DNA from: Chiloscyllium plagiosum
Lineage: Eukaryota
Direction of reading: 5' to 3'
DNA length: 64,000 nt
NCBI RefSeq assembly: GCF_004010195.1
Contig: NC_057719.1
Location: 90,378,515 to 90,442,514, forward strand
Within the stretch, counting starts at the first letter, position 1, and the number at the start of each line of letters is the position of its first letter. The translations under genes were made by a program, and so were the position numbers. Shown one piece after another: positions 12,423-25,484 of the stretch. The notes below the pieces were generated by a model. It did no database searches and was not told the origin of the DNA. It worked only from the letters and a program-made list of their open reading frames with translations.

Positions 12423-13181
12423 AGGGTATGGTTGGGAACATGGGACTGGGATATCATAGCAGCTACAGAGATGTGACTCAGGGATGGACAGGACTGGCAG
12501 CTTCAAGTTCCAGGCTAACAGATGTATAGGAAGGATAGAAAGGGAGGAGGGGGAATAATCCACATATTGCAACTGTTGAGGATCCTCCTTTTTGATTAGG
12601 GACAACATTATGCCTGTACGTAGGGAGGATATTCCTGACAATACATCCAGCGAAGTTATTTGGTTAGAGCTTGGAAATAAGAAAGAAATGATGACCATCT
12701 TATTGAATTGTACTACAGAACCACCCCTCTCGTTCTCTCTCCCCCTCTCTGTTTTTGACAGAATGAAGCAAGAACTTTCAAAAGTTAATTTGAGGGCAGA
12801 TATTTGGAGGTAAAGGGATGGTTGGAAAATAGGAAGCCTTTGAAATTGAGAAAATTAGAGTCCTGAGACAGTTCCATAAATTGAGGTTTCGATCAAGAAT
12901 AAGACAGAAGCATATTACAGTAAAGATTATGTGAATCCGCAGAACAGTATAAAGGCAGTAGAAGTATACTTAAGAGGGAAATCAGGAAGGCAAAAAGGGG
13001 ACATTAGATGTCCCCTTTGACAAATAGGGTTAAGGAGAATCCAAATGGATTCTACAAATACATTCAGGACACAAGTATAATTAAGGAGAGAATAGGTCCC
13101 CTTAAAAATCAGCAAGGCCACTTATGAGGGAGATGAAGGAGATACTAAATGGATACCTTGCATCAGTGTTTACTGTGGAGG

Positions 13182-14463
13182 AGTACAGGAACAAAGAAAA
13201 TTACAGCACAGAAACAGACCCTTCAGCAATCCAAGCCTCTGCCAATCCATATCCTCTATCTCAACCTGTCTCCTATTTTGTAAGGGTCAGTATCCCTTTG
13301 CTCCCAGCCCATTCATGTATCTGTCTAGATACCCCTTAAATTACGCTATCGTGCCAGCCCCTACCACCTCAGGTGGCAACATGTTCCAGACACGCATCAC
13401 CCTCTGCGTAAAGAACTCTCCATGCATAGGTCCCTTAAACTCTTCCTCTCTCACTATGAACTGATGATCCCTAGTATTCGAGTCCCCCACTCTGGGAAAA
13501 AGCTTGTTGCTATTCACGCTGTCTATACCTCTCATGATTTGTGACCCCAATCAGGTCCCTCTTCAATCTCCATCTTTCTAATTAAAATAAGCCAAAGCTA
13601 CCCAACCTCTCCTCATAGCTAGCACCCTCCATACTAGGCAACGTCCTGGTGAATCTCCTCTGCACCCTCTCCAAAGCATCCACATTCTTTTGGTAATGTG
13701 GGGACCAGAACTGTACGCAATATTCCAAATGTAGCTGAACTAAAATCTTACACAACTGTAACATGACCTGCCAACTCTTGTACTCAATATCCTGTTCAAC
13801 GAAGGAAAGCATGTTGTATCCTTTCTTGACCACTCTATTCACCTGCATTGCCACCTTCAGGGAATAATGGACCCGAACACCCCGATCTCTCTGTACATCA
13901 ATACTCCCCTGGGCCTTTCCATTTATAATTCACTCTTGAATTGGCTCTTCCAAAATGCCTCACCTTGAATTTGCCCAGATTGAAGTTCATCTGCCATTTC
14001 TCCGCCCAATTCTCCAAACTATCGATATTCTGCTGTATTCTCTGACAGTCCCCTTCACTATCTGCTATTCCACTAATCTTAGGGTCATCTGCAACCACCT
14101 ATGCCTTTCTCCAGATCACTTATGTATATTACAAACAACGGTGGTCCCAGCACAAATCCCCGTGGGACACCACTGGTCACAATTCGCCATTCCGAGAAAC
14201 TCCCTTCCATTACTACTGTCTCCTGCTGCCCAGCCAGTTCTCTATCCATCTAGCTAGTACACCCTGGACCCCATTCAACTTCACTTTCTTCTTCATCCTA
14301 CCTTGGTGAACCTTATCAAACACTTTACTGAAGTCAATGTATATGACATCTACAGCCCTTCCCTCAATCAACTCTGTCGCTTCCTCCTATTAAGTTGGTA
14401 ATACATGACCTTCTCTGCACAAAACCATGCTGCCTATCAGTGATAAACACTTTTTCTTCCAAA
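13182..14463 (-). mobile_element. CR1 LINE 3' fragment (different subfamily)
   Basis: ORFs 13898-14098 (ADD..KISG..WAEKWQMNFN) and 13582-13854 (LEYCVQFWSP). Confidence 0.9.
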
Positions 14464-15293
14464 TGGGCTGAGAGATGGCAAATGGAGTTTAATGTGGAAA
14501 AGTGTGAGGTGATTCACTTTGGAAGGAGCAACAGGAATACAGAGTACTAGGTTAATGCTGAGATTCTGATGAGCAGAGAGATCTTGGTGTCCATGTAAAT
14601 ACATCCCTGAAAGTTGCCACTCAGGTTGATCGGGTTGTTAAGGAAGCATACAGTGTGATAGCTTTTATTGGTAGAGGGATTGGTAGAGCCATGAGGTCAT
14701 GCTGCAGCTGTAAAAAACTCTTGGTAAAGCCACACTTGGAGTATTCAGTTCTGGTCATCGCATTATAGGGGGATGTGGAAGCATTGGAAAGAATTCAGAG
14801 AAAATTTATTAGGCTGTTGCCTTGTATGGAGGGAAGATCTTATTCTACGTTCTATATCTTATGCCCCCATTTAGTCCTCTTAATTCCTCGTTTCAGATTG
14901 GTCCTACATTCCCGATATTCTTCCAAAGCTTCATCTATCTTCAGTTGCCTGAACCTTATGTACATTTCCTTTTGTCTCTTAGCTAGTCTCACAATTTCAC
15001 CTGTCATCTATGGTTCCCTAATCTTGCTATTTCTAGCCCTCATTCTCCATGGAACATGCATCTCCTGCACTCATCAAACTCTCTTTAAAAGCCTCTCACA
15101 TATCAATTGTGGATTTCCCTTCAAACAACTGCTCCCAATCTACATTCCCCAGCTCCTGCTGAATTTAGGTATAGTTGACCTTACCCCAATTTAGCACTAT
15201 TTATTTTGGACCACTTCTGTCTTTGTCCATGAGTATCCCAGAACTTACAGAATGGTGATCACTATTCCTCAAATAATCCCCTATTGAAACTTC
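14464..15293. mobile_element. Two further CR1 fragments (+ 14464-14840; - 14841-15293)
   Basis: RT C-terminal sequence on +; endonuclease-RT linker on -; the host CR1 resumes at about 15294. Confidence 0.8.
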
Positions 15294-16663
15294 AAGGGCA
15301 TGGAAGATAAAGAATGCGGGGAAATAAATAGCGACACCTTGAAAGACTTCCATATTACAGAGAACTTGGTGCTGAACAGGGCTTAAAATGCATGAAGGTG
15401 GATAAATCGCCAGGATCTGATCAAGTGTACCCTAGAACTCTGTGGAAAGCTAGGAAAGTGATTGCTGGGCCCCTTGCTGAGATATTTACATTATCGATTG
15501 CCACAGCTGAGGTGCCAGAAGACTGGACGTTGGCCAAGATGGTGTCACTTTTTAAGGAAGGTGGTAAGGAAAAGCCAATGAACGAGAGACTAGTGTGTCT
15601 GACATCAGGTTGTTGGAGGGTAGGATTTACATGTATTTGGAAAGATAAGGACTGATTTTGGATAGTCAACATGGCTTTGTGCATGGGAAACCATGCCTCA
15701 CTAACTTGATTGAGATTTTTGAAGAAGTGACAAAGAGGATTGATGGGGCAAACTGGTGGTGAACATGATCCATATGGACTTAAGTAAGGCGTTTGACAAA
15801 GTTCCTCATAGTAGACTGGTTGGCACGGTTAGCTCACAGGAATAGAGGGAAAACTGGCCATTTGGATACAGAATTTCGAAGGAACAAAGAGGGTGGTGGT
15901 AGTGAAGGGTCACTTTTCAGACTGGAGGCCTGTGACAAGAGGTATCCCAGAAGAATCGGTGCTAGGTCCACTGTTTTTCATCATTCATATAAATGATTTG
16001 CATGTGAATATATGAAGTACAGTTAGTAAGCTTGCACATGACACCAAAGTTGAAGGTGTAGTGGACAGCGAAGAAGGTTACTTCAGATTACAATAGGATC
16101 TTGATCAGATGGGCCAATGGGCCGAGGAGTGGCAGATGGAGTTTAATTTAGATAAATTTGAGATGCTGCTTTTGTAAAGGCAAATCAGGACAGGACTTAG
16201 ACAGTTAATGGTAAGGTCCTGTGGAGTGTTACTGAACAGAGACCTTGGAGTGCAGGTTCATAGTTCGTTGAAAGTTGAGTCGCAGGTTGATAGGATAGTG
16301 AAGGAGGTTTCATTATAGTTTCCTTTATTGGTCAGAGCATTGAGTACAGGAGTTGGGAGGTCATGTTGCAGCTGTACATGACATTGGTTACGCCACTTTT
16401 GGAATACTGCATGCAATTCTGGTCTCGTCATAGGAAGGATGTTGTGAAACTTGAAAGAGTTCAGAAAACAATTTACAAGGATGTTGCCAGGGCTGGAAGG
16501 TTTGAGCTAAAGGGAGAGTCTGAATAGCTGGGGCTATTTTCCCTGGAGCATTCAAGGCTGAGGGGTGACCTTAAAGAGGTTTTACAAAATCGTGAATACA
16601 GGGAGAATTAGCCACTCGGATACAGAACCGGCTCGAAGGAATGAAACAGAGATTGGTGGTGGT

Positions 16664-17657
16664 CATAGAATCCCTAGTGTAGAAACAGGACATTTGGCCC
16701 AACAAGTCCACACTGACCCTCTGAAGAATAACCCACCCAGACCCATTACCCTACACTATTACTCTATTATTTACCCTGACTAATGCTCAAAGCTGAAAAT
16801 GTGTTGCTGGAAAAGCGCAGGTCAGGCAGCATCCAAGGAACAGGAGAATCGATGTTTCGGGCATAAGCCCTTCTTCAGGAATGAGGAAAGTGTGTCCAGC
16901 AGGCTAAGATAAAAGGTAGGGAGGAGGGACTTGGGGGAGGGGCGTTGGAAATGCGATAGGTGGAAGGAGGTCAAGGTGAGGGTGATAGGCCGGAGTGGGG
17001 TGGGGGTGGAGAGGTCAGGAAGAAGATTGCAGGTTAGGAAGGCGGTGCTGAGTTTGAGGGATTTGACTGAGACAAGGTGGGGGGAGGGGAAATGAGGAAA
17101 CTGGAGAAATCTGAGTTCATCCCTTGTGGTTGGAGGGTTCCTAGGCGGAAGATGAGGCACTCTTCCTCCAACCGTCGTGTTGCTATGGTCTGGTGATGGA
17201 GGAGTCCAAGGACCTGCATGTCCTTGGTGGAGTGGGAGGGGGAGTTGAAGTGTTGAGCCACGGGGTGGTTGGATTGGTTGGTCCAGGTGCCCCAGAGGTG
17301 TTCTCTGAAACGTTCCGCAAGTCCGTGGCCTGTCTCCCCAATATAGAGGAGGCCACATCGGGTGCAGCGGATGCAATAAATGATGTGTGTGGAGGTGCAG
17401 GTGAATTTGTGGCAGATGTGGAAGTATCCCAATTGCACAAAACCTACACATCCCCGAACACTATGGGCAATTTAGCATGGCCAATTGACCTAAGCTGCAC
17501 ATCTTTGGATTTTAAGAGGAAACCAGAACACTCAGAGAAACCACGCAGACATGGGGAGAATGTGCAAACTCTACACAGACAATTGCCTGAGCCTAGAATT
17601 GAACCTGGGTCCCGGGCGTATGAGGCAGCAGTGCTAACCGCTCAGCCACTGTGCCGA
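16664..17657 (-). mobile_element. HE1-type tRNA-derived SINE interrupted by a PLE
   Basis: Head ggcacagtggctgagcggttagcactgctgcctc with A/B boxes at about 17590-17657; tail at 16664-16786. Confidence 0.9.
16788..17432 (-). mobile_element. Penelope-like element 3' fragment (GIY-YIG endonuclease + terminal repeat)
   Basis: ORF 17034-17438 FTCTSTHIIYCIRCTRCGLLYIGET...RFREH...LEEECLIFRLGTLQPQGMN; hammerhead motif 16847-16882. Confidence 0.95.
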
Positions 17658-17914
17658 TGGCTTTTACCTTGGGTGGTGTGAGTCCAAAACTACAGGGCAT
17701 AGGTATAAGGTGAGTGGGTAAAGATTTAAAAGGGATCTAAGGGGCAACTTTTTCACGCAGAGGGTGGTGCTTGCGTGGAATGAGCTGCCAGAGCAAGTGG
17801 TGGATGCTGGTACAATTACAACATTTAAGAGGCATCTGGATGGGTATAGGAACAAGAAGGGTTTAGAGGGATGTAGGCCGGGTGCTGACAAATAGGACCA
17901 ATTTATTTAAGATA

Positions 17915-18007
17915 CAGGATGTTCTGTTATAACACATGTTTTGCTTTAACATGATTGATGAATTGGGGAAATTGTTTCTAAAGCGCAAACGTTTATGATG
18001 TGTGCTG
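17915..18007 (+). mobile_element. Left half of a Tc1/mariner-pogo-type MITE
   Basis: TA|caggatgttctgttataacac; aligns to the left half of the complete copy at 27552-27743. Confidence 0.8.
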
Positions 18008-19002
18008 AACTAATTTGCACAATCAAGTCCTTAAATGAACTGTTTAATCCCTATATTCCTTTGACAATGCATTTGGAATTTTACCCTTGTTGTAGTTAAG
18101 ATAATATGATCAATCTTGAGCTTCCCATGATACAAACAAGATCAGAATATTGCAATAGGTACACCAAAGATTTACCAAGATGATAGCAGTAAGAGCTAGC
18201 AATTATAACTAAGATATAAAGTTTGTTGTTTAAGCTTTTCTGCTGTTTGATCAATTGATAACAAGGCTATAGCTTCAGTTTTACCGAAGCAAATGAAGAA
18301 TCTAAGAGGTTATGAAGGGAAATGGCAGAATAATAAAATTTGAAAGACTGCTGCCTATGAAGAACGAGCACTGACAGATTGCTTCCTCTGCATGATTCAC
18401 TATTTTAGTGAATTAGACTTGTGTAAATGGGCAGTGAAAAATCTGTTGAGGGAAAACATTCCAATATCCAATTAACAATATATGGTACAAAAATGGGACT
18501 GATTTTTAATACTTACATATTATTTCGTGACTATTCTTATCACGTAACATTCTATGAAAGTTTTGGAATTTCCTTGTCAGCTTTTTGAAATATGAAAAAC
18601 AAATCATTCATGCACTTAAATCCCAAGTCACATTGCAGTTTGCTACTTAACTCCATTGTTTTAACACTGTGAAATCACCCATTTTAGGTCAGCTGCTTTG
18701 CAAATCTGTAACCTTGACAGCCTTTTTACACTATTTCTTGTTCTTAATAGTAGCATGAATTTTGCTGTTCACTTAACTCATTCCCACACCAGAAGAAAAA
18801 TCGTGCTTGTCACGTAGGTATTCTCCACCGTTTAATCCTTGACAAAATCTTAATTTTCTAACATCCTATGTGCCCAGTCCCCAGATAGTGCTGTGGCACT
18901 TCTTTGGTTAGAATGCTGATGTTTGCAGTCCTTTAATTTCTTTTGGAAGCTATGTAAACTTTGGGCTGAAATGTCAATTATATTGATTTTGTAAAGTAAA
19001 TA

Positions 19003-19296
19003 CGATTCCCTACAGTGTGGAAACAGGCCCTTTGGCCCAACAAGTCCACACCGACCCTCTGAAGAGTAACCACCCGGACCCACTATCCTCCGACTAATGC
19101 CCACTATGGGCACTTTAGCATGGCCAATTCACCTGACCTGCACATCTTTGGACTGTGGGAGGAAACCGGAGCACCTGAAGGATACCCACGCAGACACGGG
19201 GAGAATGTGCAAACTCGACACAGTCAGTCAACTGAGGCTGGAATCGAACCTGGGTCCCTGGTGCTGTTAGGCAGCAGTGCTAGCCACTGTGCCACC
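19003..19296 (-). mobile_element. HE1-type SINE
   Basis: Matches other copies (ggaggaaaccggagcacc...gcagcagtgct). Confidence 0.92.
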
Positions 19297-19339
19297 CCAA
19301 AGTAATCTGAACATTCATAACTACATGCTTATTGTAGAA

Positions 19340-21300
19340 ATAGATTGGCTTCAAACTGTAATCAGTTAAAAGAAAAGTCGTCAATTTGGAAAAAAATCAA
19401 GGTTCGTATTTTCCATGAAACCGCAGATTTATGGTTAAAAACCCACCTGGTTTACTAGTTTCCTTTAGGGGAGTCCTCGCATGTGGCTAACATGTCACTC
19501 TCAACCCAGCGTAAAAGCTTTTGACCCATGACTGCCTTCTGAAATGGCTTAGTAAGTCACTTAGCTGTGTCTAACTGCTACAAATAAAGTCTACTGAGAA
19601 TAAATTTGACAGCTATCTCTGCATTGCATTAGACACAACACAAGAAAGGTAGACCAGTCGACCCTGCTCATTAATACCTTGGAGCTTTTGCCAAAATTGG
19701 TGGAGTGGTCCCACAGAGTAGTCAACAAATGGCACGGTGGCTCAGTGGTTAGCACTGCTGCCTCCGCGTCAGAGCTGGGTTCAATTCCAGCCTCTCAAAA
19801 CTGTCTGTGTGGAGTTTGCATATTCTCCCCATGTCTCCCTGAGTTTCCTCCGGGTGCTCAGTTTTCCTCCCACAGTCCAAAGATGTGCAGTTTAGGTAGA
19901 TTGACCATGCTAATTTGCCCATTGTGTCCAGGGCTATACAGGTTAGGTGGATTAGACATGGGAAATGCAGGATTGCAGGGATAGGGTAGGGGGGCAAGTC
20001 TGGGTGGGATGCTGTTGGGAGGGCTGGTATAGACTTGTTGGGCCGAATGGCCTGCTTCCACACTGTAGGGATTCTATGAAACAATTTGAAGTAGTCATAC
20101 TCCAGCTGCAAGGCATGACTGAATGTCTTAGTCTCTCGACCACCAGTAGGACCCACTTGGTTGGAGGTACTGTCGTATACAGTGAGTGAGTGGTCTCTGT
20201 GATCCTCAACATTGCTTCTTTGCCTCTGGGCAGCCATGCGCAAGAAAACATTAATGGCCATTCTGCCAATTTTTGCCGATTGAATGCCATTTGGAAGCAA
20301 CATCTGGGCTAGCACTGGTGCAGAATAAACTCTAGATCGGGAACTTCAGTGTATATACCACAAGCTGTAAGTTCCCAGCCTGTGGCAGATCATCTTTTCT
20401 TGCACTAGCATCAAGCCGAGGGTCACATGAGTAGTGTTGGCAACAGCAGTGCACAGATATTTGGCATGTCAATCTGGTAAAGCCACAACAGAACTATATC
20501 ATACTAACAGCTGAAAATGCATTCAGTAGACAGGGTTAGCAATCCCAAGGTAGTTGATTCATATTCTGTTGTAAATGGTGGTGAACAATTAAACGATTCA
20601 TTAGAGAAGGGGCTGCACAAATTTCGTCTTTCTCCATGATGGTGGAGCCCAAAGGAAAACAATACTGAAGGATTGGAGTTGTCTTTACCTAGAAGTACAG
20701 AGTAGATGATGGGTCTCGACTTGCTCCTTCCCTAAATCAGACACAAGTTAACAGTTCATTCAATTTACTGCACAAATCTAAGGAACATTAGCAGTGTGTT
20801 GAATACAGCAAAGTTTATGGCCCTGGGAACTTCCTGGCTTTACTGCAAAAGTAGCATACTCCTTCCCTGTTCCATTTACCCAAAGAAGTACCATTTTCCA
20901 GATGTGTCTGACCAACAAAAAGTCAGACAAAATCCTTTTGGGTCAGCTTCTGCTCCATTAGCTAAGTGATGGTATTGTGGACAGTTTCTGAAGTAGCACT
21001 TACAAGCTGCTTAATGATGCTCTAGTGTGGGTTCCACCAGGGCAAGTCATCTCCAAGCCTCATTATAGGTATGGTTCAAAGATGGACAAAAGAGATGAAG
21101 GAAGTTAGAGACTGTCCTTGATATCAGGGCAATATTTCACCAGGGTGGCATCGAGAAGTTCTTAGTCAGATTGAAGTCAATGGAAAACAGCGAGAAAGCT
21201 CTCTGCTGATTGGAGTTGTACTGAGCACAAAGGAATGTGGTTATGATTGTTGGATGCCAATTATCACATTCTCAGAACATCTTTGTCAGAGATCTTTTAG
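19340..21300 (+). mobile_element. Old APE-type LINE (CR1/L2 group) with SINE-like 5' region
   Basis: Collinear with 28225-30420; heavily decayed endonuclease and RT sequence; interrupted by a SINE. Confidence 0.6.
19730..20078 (+). mobile_element. HE1-type SINE
   Basis: A box tggctcagtggtt, B box gggttcaattcc; tail cactgtagggattctatg. Confidence 0.92.
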
Positions 21301-21976
21301 GCAATCTGTACAGAACTAATATGACACACCTCTGGAGCAAGTGGGACTTCAACCTTCAATATATATAAAGAGCTGGACGAGATTCAGACTTGGCATGAGA
21401 TGTTTCTGCATTGCAAAATCTGAATTCAGTTGTGAAAGTCTTCATTCTTCCCTTCCTGATTTACTGCTGACACTAAATAAGTTTCTTTGTCAGAACTTGG
21501 CAGGAAATGATGTAGTGACATTTCAAAACGCCTTTATTTTATGACAGTTCTGTTTCTCAAAATTGTGTTCTGGGTGCACGTAATTGCGATGAGAATACAG
21601 ATGTTTTGTTTTAAAAGTAATTGCAATAGAGAGACCCAAATGGCTTGTGCAGATTGAAATATTCTGGTTTTGTAATTGCAAAAAATTGTTTTTATAACAG
21701 CTTTTATCATAAAAATACTTTGGGACTTTCATGCCATTTAAAGAATTAATGGCATTGACGCAAGAGTAAACCAAGCCTTGGGTGTATTTCAAGGTGTAAG
21801 TTGCATGAAGATATGTTATCCAAACCCCTTGGTTTGTTCCAGTACTGAACACACTCCCCCATCCTCCAGCACCCTCTTCTACCTGGCTGAGCTTTTCCTT
21901 ACTTTGAATAACTTCTCCTTTAACCCCTCTCACTTTCTTCAGATCAAAGCTACCCACATGAGTCCTAGTTTTACCT

Positions 21977-23296
21977 AGGAGAAAGTGAGGACTGCAGATG
22001 CTGGGGATCAGAGCTTAAAAATGTGATGCTGGAAAAGGAGCATCAAAGGAGAAGGAGAATCAACACTTCAGGAATGAGGAAGGTGTGCCAAGCAGGCTAT
22101 GATAAAAGGTAGGGAGGAGGGACTTGGGGGAGGGGCGTTGGGANNNNNNNNNNNNNNNNNNNNNNNNNNNNNNNNNNNNNNNNNNNNNNNNNNNNNNNNN
22201 NNNNNNNNNNNNNNNNNNNNNNNNNNNNNNNNNNNNNNNNNNNNNNNNNNNNNNNNNNNNNNNNNNNNNNNNNNNNNNNNNNNNNNNNNNNNNNNNNNNN
22301 NNNNNNNNNNNNNNNNNNNNNNNNNNNNNNNNNNNNNNNNNNNNNNNNNNNNNNNNNNNNNNNNNNNNNNNNNNNNNNNNNNNNNNNNNNNNNNNNNNNN
22401 NNNNNNNNNNNNNNNNNNNNNNNNNNNNNNNNNNNNNNNNNNNNNNNNNNNNNNNNNNNNNNNNNNNNNNNNNNNNNNNNNNNNNNNNNNNNNNNNNNNN
22501 NNNNNNNNNNNNNNNNNNNNNNNNNNNNNNNNNNNNNNNNNNNNNNNNNNNNNNNNNNCCCCACCAACCCAACCTCCACTCCCGGCACCTTCCCCTGCAA
22601 CCGCAAAAAATGCAAAACGTTCGCCCACACCTCCCCCCTCACTTCCCTCCAAGGCCCAAGGGGTCCTTCAATATCCATCAGAAATTCACCTGCACCTCCA
22701 CACACATCATTTACTGCATCCACTGCACCCGATGTGGCCTCCTATACATTGGGGAGACAGGCCGACTATTTGCGGAACGCTTCAGAGAACACCTCTGGGG
22801 CCAACCAACCCAACCGTCCCATGGCTCAACACTTTAATTCCCCCTCCCACTCCGCCAAGGACATGCAGGTCCTTGGCCTCCTCCATCGCCAGACCATGGT
22901 AACACGACGCATGGAGGAAGAGCGACTCATCTTCCACCTAGGAACCCTCCAACCACAAGGGATGAATGCAGATTTCTCCAGCGTCCTCATTTCCCCTCCC
23001 CCCACCTTTTCTCAGTACCAACCCTCAGACTCAGCACCGCTTTCTTGACCTGCAATCTTCTTCCCGACCTCTCCACCCCTACCCCCTCTCCGGCCTATCA
23101 CCCTCACCTTAACCTCCTTCCACCTATCACATTCCCAACGCCCTTCCCCCAAGTCCCCCCTCCTCGCCTTTTATTTTAGGGTGCTTGGCACACCCTCCTC
23201 ATTCCTGAAGAAGGGTTTATGCCCGAAACGTCGATTCTCCTTCTCCTTTGATGCTGCCTGACCTGCTGCGCTTTTCCAGCAACAGATTTTTAAGCT
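21977..23296 (+). mobile_element. Penelope-like element with inverted 5' terminal repeat; spans gap 22144-22558
   Basis: GIY-YIG peptide IIYCIHCTRCGLLYIGETGR preceded by PCNRKKCKT; ends are inverted copies; near-TSD CCTAGTTTT(A/G)CCT at 21964-76 and 23297-309. Confidence 0.93.
23201..23236 (+). ncRNA. Minimal hammerhead ribozyme motif
   Basis: attc-CTGAAGA-a-GGGT ttat GCCC-GAAAC-GTC-gatt. Confidence 0.7.
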
Positions 23297-23599
23297 CCTA
23301 GTTTTGCCTGCCTGTTTGTGGATTATGTGGAACATTCCTTGTTCAAATCGGGCTCATCCCCACAAAATTCTATCCAGTAAATTGTTGATATAATTGGTGC
23401 ACCTACCTCTGAAATCGGCATAGAAAAATATTTAACAATTTTCCTTCTAGTTTCCACCCTGCCATCAACGTAAATGTCCACCTTTTTTCCCTTGACCAAG
23501 AATTCCCCACCTGGGCCAAAGGGCCTGTACTGTCACATGTTCTATGACTACACACACAGTTGTGCCAGACCCATTTCCCACAGTTCTGCCCTCACCCTC

Positions 23600-24760
23600 C
23601 CTTTGCACAACCTGATCGGGTTCCCCAGTTCTTTCTTCCTATCCTACCTGCATCCACAGGGTCATACACTGCCATTTCTCCCATCTCCAATGGGATACCA
23701 CTACTAGACACATATTCTCCTCTCAGTCAAGATTAGAGTGGTGCTGGAAAAGCACAGCAGGTCAGACAGCATCCAAGGAGCAGGAAAATCGATGTTTCGG
23801 GCAAAAGCCCTTCATCAGGAATGAGGCAGGGAACCTCCGGGTGGAGAGATAAATGGGAGGGGGTTGGGGCTGGGAGAAGGTAGCTAAGAGTAAGATGGAT
23901 GGAGTGGGGATGATGGTGATAGTTTGGAAAGGAGGATAGAGCAGATAGGTGGGAAGGAAGATTGGCATGTTGGACAGGTCATGAGGATGGTACTGAGCTG
24001 GCAGGTTGGAACAAGGGTAAGGTGGGGGGGGGGGGGGGGGGGGGAAATGAGGAAAATGGTGAAGTCCACATTGATGCCATGGGGTTGAAGGATCCTGAGG
24101 TGCAAGGTGAGACATTCTTCCTCCAGGCATTGATGGTGAGGGAGTGGCGGTAGAGGAGGCCCAAGACCTGCATGTCCTCAGCAGAGTGGGGCAGTTGAAA
24201 TGTTCGGCCACGGGGCGGTGGGGTTGATTGGTGCAGGTGTTCCGGAAATGTTCCCTAAAGCTCTCTGAGTTTTCTGCTCTCGTTTGTTGGCAGTGTGTAG
24301 GGACCGTTCCCTAAGGGAGTCCCTGATCTACTTCTCCATTTCCAACAGCTCCCTACAGCACCTTTGCATGTAATTGTACAAGTTGTAACACCTGCCCATT
24401 TACCTTCTCCTTCCTCACTATTCAAGTGCCAGGTGAAGCTTGTACTTTGTTTAATTTTGGTCACGCTATTCACTGCTCACAGTGTAGTCTCCTCTACACT
24501 GGGCACAACACAGACTGGGGGACTGCTTTGCTGATCAGTCTTCTGTCTGCAAAAACTATCCAGACCCCAGCTACCAGTTGCCTGCCATTTCAGCACACCA
24601 CCCGTGTTCCCTGACCAACATCTTTGCCTTGTACCTGCTGCAGTGTTCCAGTGAGGCTCAGCACAAGCTGGAAGAACAGCATCTCATTTTTCTGCTTCAC
24701 AACTTTGAGGCTTGTAGCCTTCAGGATTCACTATCAAGTTCTTTGTTTTATGGAATATGG
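23600..24760. mobile_element. Old PLE (+) interrupted by a younger PLE (-, about 23723-24262)
   Basis: GIY-YIG remnants HCSQCSLLYTG and KLEEQHLIF on +; MQVLGLL and LQPHGINVDF on -; hammerhead motif 23787-23822 (-). Confidence 0.85.
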
Positions 24761-24867
24761 CAGACTGTTTAAGAACAAGAGATCTCATTTATAAGATGGC
24801 ATTCAGAATTATTTTCTGAATGCCGTTACTGTGTGAAATTTTCTTCCCAGAATGCAGTGGAGGTTAT

Positions 24868-25018
24868 GTTAGAGTCATAGAGATGGACAGCATGGAAACA
24901 GACCCATTCTGTCCAACTCATCCATGCTGACTGGGTACACGTAGTTGTTCTATAATGCAATGGCTGCATTCTTGTACAGCCCTGCGTTATAGAAAAAGCA
25001 TGCTTGAAGTGTTGGCAC
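24868..25018 (-). mobile_element. Right half of MITE (24938-25018) plus CR1 3' tail (24868-24937), inverted
   Basis: Reverse complement aligns to the right half of 27552-27743, then TA, then the CR1 tail missing after 17914. Confidence 0.85.
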
Positions 25019-25484
25019 AATCAAGTCCTTAAATGAACAAGTCCTTAAATGATGTATTACAATATAATACTGTCATCACTCCTTGTTCAAAACCAAAACA
25101 ATGAAGCAAGTCGTCTTATTAAAAAAAAATTAGCCAAATAATTTAATGATATACCCAACTAAGAATAGATCAGGGAAACACTAACATGAAATTTATACTC
25201 CATTTTGGTCATTCTGACCTGAACAAAATATCTTCCCATAAACAGAGAACTGAATAAACTCTGAAACAGCAGTTTTTTTTAATGAGTTCATCAAGCATCC
25301 AAGAAGTCAGTAGCAGTAAAATTGTCTTTGGAACAAGTTTAGACAGATTTATTTAACTGCATACAAAATTGAAACTTTGACATCTTGAAATCTATTTCTA
25401 ATATGCAATAGTAAACCCTTATAGGGTAAATCCAAACACTTGAATTATTTAGCAGACCATTAACAACAGTGCATACACAAAAGG

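Larger units (their letters stand above)
10800..17914 (+). mobile_element. Long degenerate CR1 LINE (5' region, ORF1 remnant, ORF2) carrying several nested insertions
   Basis: ORF1 remnants (atatgctcttcttgt..atgtgggag; IVIGDSLVR esterase motif); ORF2 pieces DKSPGSDQVYPRTL, EVIWLELGNKK and RT through about 16590; 3' region 17660-17914. Confidence 0.85.

Noticed and set aside
13182..14840. Opposed CR1 pieces as another twin-priming event
   Set aside because: The two pieces cover overlapping parts of ORF2 and differ in sequence, so separate insertions are more likely
18909..18950. Minus-strand LPKEIKGLQTSAF-stop as a terminal exon
   Set aside because: Weak pyrimidine tract, no recognised homology, and it lies inside the inferred inversion
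19749..20315. 188-aa and similar ORFs over SINEs (e.g. DCGRKPEHPEETHADTG peptides)
   Set aside because: Translations of HE1 SINE sequence recurring in many copies, not genes
22060..22902. Long ORFs of 170-267 aa
   Set aside because: Artefacts of reading through the N gap 22144-22558 inside a PLE; 792-1244 likewise
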